Shown here piece by piece: positions 58,553-64,000 of a stretch of DNA of 64,000 nucleotides. Position numbers and translations under genes: made by a program. This DNA comes from the human T2T-CHM13v2.0 reference genome, Homo sapiens: assembly GCF_009914755.1 (NCBI RefSeq), contig NC_060943.1; one strand, 5' to 3'. The notes beneath the pieces were generated by a model. That model worked only from the letters and a program-made list of their open reading frames with translations, was not told where the DNA came from and ran no database searches. Numbering within the stretch: position 1 is the first letter of the stretch; each line of letters starts with the position of its first letter.

Positions 58553-59388
58553 TTAGACAATCTGTGTGCGTGTGGAATTTGGGTGGTTTTGGCCATTGGG
58601 GTGAGTAAACTTTATAGATTTTGAACCAGTTAAGTGCATTGGTATTAAAAATTTAAACAGCCACACAAAAGGAAGAAATGTCAAGAAAAAGAATTCAGCT
58701 CCCTTACTGGGTCATCAGTGTTTGTAAAAGTTTTCTGATGGATTCTCTTGTTTCTTTTAAGTACAGAATCAGAATCACTGTCTGCCAAAATGATACATTT
58801 ACCCCCACATTTCAAATTACATACTCTTTTTTCCTTGTCTAATTGCATTTGCTAGTATCTCTAGTGCAATGATGAATACAAGCAAAACATTGAATGTATA
58901 TTTTGTTTCTTATTCATTTGGATTATGCGTTTGCTCTCTTGCCACAAAGAATACTTATTTTTATGCAAATTCATTTTCTTTTTTCTTACAGTTGGCATTT
59001 TGATTTTTTAAAATATGTCTTTTTAAACTACCTGGTTAAATTTTCTTTGGAACCCTTCAATTTTTTTTTTGTGGTTTTCTAATCCCCAGACATTTGTTCC
59101 ATGTGGAGTTCGTTACAGGGAGACTAGATGGATATCCATTCCACACACTAGGGTAGAATGTATCACTGCTATGTGAAGTAACCCATTTTCCACATATCAA
59201 TCATATATCCAAGTCAACCAATAAAATATATTCAAATCAACTTTAAAAATCTATCTGATTTTTTGAGGAAGTTGATAAACATACTCTAATTTTTTTCTGA
59301 AAAATAAAAGATCACGAAGAACTAAGTCAATCTGAAAATAAAATTTAAAGAGAGGGAAGTCATTCCACCCAGTATTACAAACTATTAC

Positions 59389-59690
59389 AGGCTGGGCATG
59401 GTAGCTCATGCCTGTAATCACAGCATTTGGGGAGGTCAAGGCAGGAGGATCACTTGAGACCAGGAGTTCAATACAAGCTTGGGAAGCAAAGTGAGATCCC
59501 AACTTGACAAAATAATTTTTAAAAAATTAGCCAGATGTGGTGGTGCAGGCCCATAGTCCGAGCTAGTCAGGAGGCTGAGATGGACTGCTTAAGCCCAGGT
59601 ATTCGAGGCTACAGTGAGCTGTGATTGCTCACCACTGCACTCTAGCCTGGGCGGCAAAGAGAGACCCTGTCTCCAAAAAAGAAAAAATAA
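59389..59690 (+). mobile_element. Alu (AluJ-like)
   Basis: Diverged full-length Alu. Confidence 0.88.
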
Positions 59691-60774
59691 TGTTAAAAAA
59701 ACGACTGCAAAGTCACACGAATACAAATAGTGTGGCATCATTGCAAAAATAAGAAAATAGACTCATGAAACAGAATGGAGAACTCAGAGACAGACACATG
59801 AATAAGCTAAAATGTCACATCTGGTAAAGGGAGTCCCCTAAAACTCTTGGAGAAATGGATGGATTTTCTGGCTGTAGAAGAAAAAAAGTGGAGGAATTTA
59901 ACTTCATAGAAATTCATCAAAAGTATCCTCCAAAAGTTAAAAGGCAATAGTTTGTAACAAAACAGAGAAAACAAGATTAATTTTAATACACATTTGTAAA
60001 AGTAAATATTTTTAAAGAATCCAAAAAAAACCAGCAAAAAATAAGAAAACCACTTCCATAAAAAGAAAACAAATAACTTATCAACATGTGCAAGAGATGT
60101 TCAATCTCACCCTTAATTAGGAAAATGTTCATTAAAAGTAGAAATATAAAGATTGACAAAGATTTAAAATTCAATAGTCCAACACTACTTTTGGTAAAGT
60201 TACTGGAAAGCCTGTACCATCAAATCAGCTAATAGAAATGGACTTTCTATCATAATTGAAGTTGTACAGTGCAAATGGTCTTTGATTCTTCAATTCCACT
60301 TCACAGAATTTGTCCTGCAGAGGTGTCTACACTTGTAAGCAAAGGTCACTGTAAACACATGCCAACTGCCTATGGAAACCTTTACATAAGTGTCCAATAT
60401 AGGAATGAGTTGAATAAAATGTGAAATAGAAAAAAAAAGCTGTAAGACACACTGTTGAGTGACAAAAACCAGTTATAAAATGTATAGATACGTATATGCA
60501 AAAGGGAAAAATTATATAGATGTATATGAATATTGATGACATAGATAATTCATAGATAGAAGATACATTGTAGATGATGATGATTGATAGAGGAAACAGA
60601 GGAGAGAGACAGATAAACAGACAATTCTATGGCTCTAGAGACCCATTTGGAGAAAGGGAGGGAATTAAGTGGGGTAGAAGGATTGTCAAGGATAACCCTT
60701 GTCTTATCTGTAATATCTCATTTGGTGCAAGAAGAACTTGTTCTCATCATTGTTTTTGTAAATTAATGCTCTTT

Positions 60775-61295
60775 TTCCATGTGGTATATATACACAATGA
60801 AATATCATTCAGCCTTAAAAACACAAAAAAATATATATCATTTGCCACAACATAGAAGAACCTGGAGGACCTTATGCTAAGTGAAGTAAGACAGGCACAG
60901 AAAGACAAACACGCATGATCTTACTTATCTGAAATAAGTAAAACTTGATCTAAAATAGTCAAGCTCATAGAAGCAGAGAGTAGAACAGTGGTTACTGGAG
61001 GCCAGGGCTGAGGGGAAGGGAGAGGAAATGGTGAGATGTTGGTTAAAGGGTACAAGTTTCAGTTAAAGAGGAATAAGTTCAGATCTATTGGACACAGCAT
61101 GGTGACTTTAGTTAACAACGTATTGTATTACCTAAAAATGCTTTAAAAAAAATTTCAAATGTTCTTACCACAAATATGATAAGTAAATGGGGTGGTGGGT
61201 GAGTTCAGCACCTTGATTTAATTACCATAGATTGTATATATATATCATAATATCACACTCTATAAGTATATATAAATAAAATTTCTCAATTAAAA
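60775..61295 (+). mobile_element. L1MA-type 3' end
   Basis: tgtggtatatatacacaatgaaatatcattcagcc...gggtacaagtttcagtta motifs. Confidence 0.75.
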
Positions 61296-61351
61296 GTAAA
61301 AAACAAACTCATTTCCCAAAACTTGTTAATTGAGAAAATTTTTTTAAATCT

Positions 61352-61817
61352 CACATATATATACATATATATGTATATGTATACGTATAAGTGTATATAT
61401 GTATATACACATATATACATATAAGTGTATATATGTGTATACACATATATACATATAAGTGTATATATGTGTATACACATATATACATATAAGTGTATAT
61501 ATGTGTATACACATATATACATATAAGTGTATATATGTGTATACACATATATACATATAAGTGTATATATGTGTATACACATATATACATATAAGTGTAT
61601 ATATGTGTATACACATATATACATATAAGTGTATATATGTGTATACACATATATACATATAAGTGTATATATGTGTATACACATATATACATATAAGTGT
61701 ATATATGTATATATGTATATACATGTATATATATACACATATATATGTATATATACATATATATACACACATATATATATATACATATATATATGTGTGT
61801 GTATATATATATATATG
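61352..61817. repeat. AT-rich tract containing a 34-bp VNTR (~8.5 perfect copies, 61417-61705)
   Basis: Unit acatataagtgtatatatgtgtatacacatatat at 61417, 61451 ... 61689. Confidence 0.95.
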
Positions 61818-62128
61818 TTGTTTTTTTTTCTTTTTTTTTTTTTTTGAGACAGAGTCTCATTCTGTCACCCAGGCTGGAGTGCAGTGGCATGATCTCAACT
61901 CACTGAAATCTCCACCTCCCGAGTTCAAGCAATTCTCACGCCTCAACTTCCTGAAGAGCTGGGACTACAGGCATGTGCCAACATGCCTGGCTAATTTTTT
62001 CTATTTTTAGTAGAGACACGGTTTCACTGTGTTGGCCAGGCTGGTCTCGAACTCCTGGCCTAAAATGATCTGCCCACCTCAGCCTCCCAAAGCGCTGGGA
62101 TTACAAGCAGGAGCCACCATGCCTGGCC
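61818..62128 (-). mobile_element. Alu
   Basis: Reverse Alu; poly(T) abuts the TA-rich VNTR. Confidence 0.92.
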
Positions 62129-62369
62129 TCAGAGATATATTGTTAATGCGCAGACCTGTGTGTATTTTATATATTTATACAGAAAAGGGGAGTGTGTGTT
62201 TATATAAATGTGGGCATCAGGATAGCCATTTTCTAGAAGAATGCACAGAAAACTATTGACCACAGTCAACGCTCGGGTGGAGCTTAATAAGGAAGTTCAT
62301 TTTTATCATAAACTCTTTTGGACACTTTTTTTAACCATGTGCATAATTTTGCTTGAAATCTTGGTTTGA

Positions 62370-63375
62370 TACTCCAGAATATTGATCTGGGCAAAGATTT
62401 TCTGTGTAACATCTCAAAAATACAGGCAAAAAAAAAGCAAAAATAGACAAATGGGATTATATCAAGCTAAAAAGCTTCTGTACAGCAAAGGAAACAATTA
62501 ACAAAGTGAAGGAACAAGCTATAGAATGGCAGAAATTATTTCCAAACTATCCATCTAGCAAGAGATTAATAACTAGAATATATAAGGAGTTCAAACAACT
62601 CAATAGTAAAGAAAAAAAACAACAACAAATCATATAATTTAAAAACGGACAAAAGATCTGAGTAGACATTTCTCAAAAGATGACATACAAATGGCCAACA
62701 GGTAGATGGAAAAAATGCTCCATGTCACTAATCGTCATAAGACATGCAAATTAAAACCACAAGGAGATATCATCTAACCCAGTTAAAATGTCTTTTGTCA
62801 AAAAGACAGGCAATAATAGATGGTGGTGAGGATATGGAGAAAGGGGAACTCTCACACACTGTTGGTGGGAATATAAATTAGTACAGCCACTGCAGAGAAC
62901 AGCATGGAGGTTCCTCAAAAAAACTAAAACTAGAACTACCATATAACCCAGAAATTTCACTACTGCCTATATATCCAAAAGAAAGAAAATCAATATATTG
63001 AAAAGGTGCCTGCACTCCCATGTTAATTGCAACACCATTCACAATAGCCAAAATATGGAATCAAGCTAAGTGCCCATCAGTGAATGAATGGGTAAAGAAA
63101 ATGTGGCATATCTACACAATGGAATACTATTCAGCCATAAAAAGGCTGAAATTTTGTTCTTTGCAGCAACATGGATGGAACTGAAGGTCATTGTGGTAAG
63201 AAAAATAAGCCAAGCACAGAAAGACAAATATTGCATGGTGTCACTCATATGCAGGAGATGAAAAAAAATGGATCTTATGAAAATAGAAAGTAGATTGGTA
63301 GAGGGAAAGGGGGGATAAGGAGAAGTTGATTAATAGGTGCAAATGTATGGTTTGATAGATGAAATAAAAACTGTT
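62370..63375 (+). mobile_element. L1MA-type ORF2 end and 3'UTR, followed by an Alu at ~63378-63685
   Basis: gacaaatgggattatatcaagctaaaaagcttctg and cacactgttggtgggaatataaattagtacagcc motifs. Confidence 0.85.
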
Positions 63376-64000
63376 CAAGCTGGGCAAGGTGGCTCACGCC
63401 TGTAATCGTAGCACTTTGAGAGGCTTAGGTAGGCAGATCACCTGAGGTCAGGAGTTCGAGACCAGCCTGACCAACATAGTGAAACCCTGTCTCTACTAAA
63501 AATACAAAAATTAGCCGGGCATGGTGGTGGCACATGCCTGTAGTCCCAGCTACTCAGGAGGTTGAGGCATGAGAATCACTTGAACCTGGGAAGCAGAAGT
63601 TGCAGTGAGCTGAGATCGCGCCAATGGACGTCAGTCTGGGCAACAAGAGTAAAACTCCGTCTCAAAAAAAAACAAAAAACAAAACAGTACTCAATGGATC
63701 AGTGGGGTGACTATAGTTTGATAGTTTGCTGGTCCTCTCCAGTACACCCTCCACAGTAGCCCTAGAAAGATCTTCCTGGTACCAGATCTGACCTTTCCCT
63801 CCCCTCCTCAAACGCATCCCTTGGCTCCCCATTGCCCTTGGGTAAAAGCCAAAGTCATTAACATTTTCCCCAAGGCTTCCATAGCCAGCCCCTGCTGCCA
63901 TCTCCAGTTTCATCATCTCATTATGACCGAATCTCTCCCTCTCTCTCTCCTTCGCCTTCTCTCTGCTCCTTTCTCTCAACCCAGGAGATCTTACTGAGCT

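Noticed and set aside
61286-62010. Tyr/Ile-rich ORFs
   Set aside because: Translations of the TA-rich VNTR and the adjacent Alu.

Overview
Primate (almost certainly human chr19p13.12) DNA from the CYP4F/OR10H cluster. It contains: (1) the 5' half of CYP4F11 on the minus strand (four coding exons of 198/145/54/128 bp with canonical splice sites, plus the promoter); (2) an indel-free ~5.07 kb 20-bp VNTR (~253 units) in the first coding intron of CYP4F11; (3) the intact single-exon olfactory receptor OR10H4 on the plus strand; (4) the last four exons of a disabled CYP4F paralogue (probably CYP4F9P) on the minus strand; (5) dense Alu, L1, LTR and DNA-transposon sequence, an old module present in three copies, and several minisatellites. 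The best candidate for something undescribed is the CYP4F11 intron VNTR. It is an array of ARE-like and TEAD-like motifs and an AG-free branch-point/polypyrimidine array. It is also an in-frame read-through ORF fused to the CYP4F11 membrane anchor and followed by an intronic AATAAA. These functional readings are hypotheses, not established facts. Repeat subfamily names and gene symbols come from recognition, not database searches.
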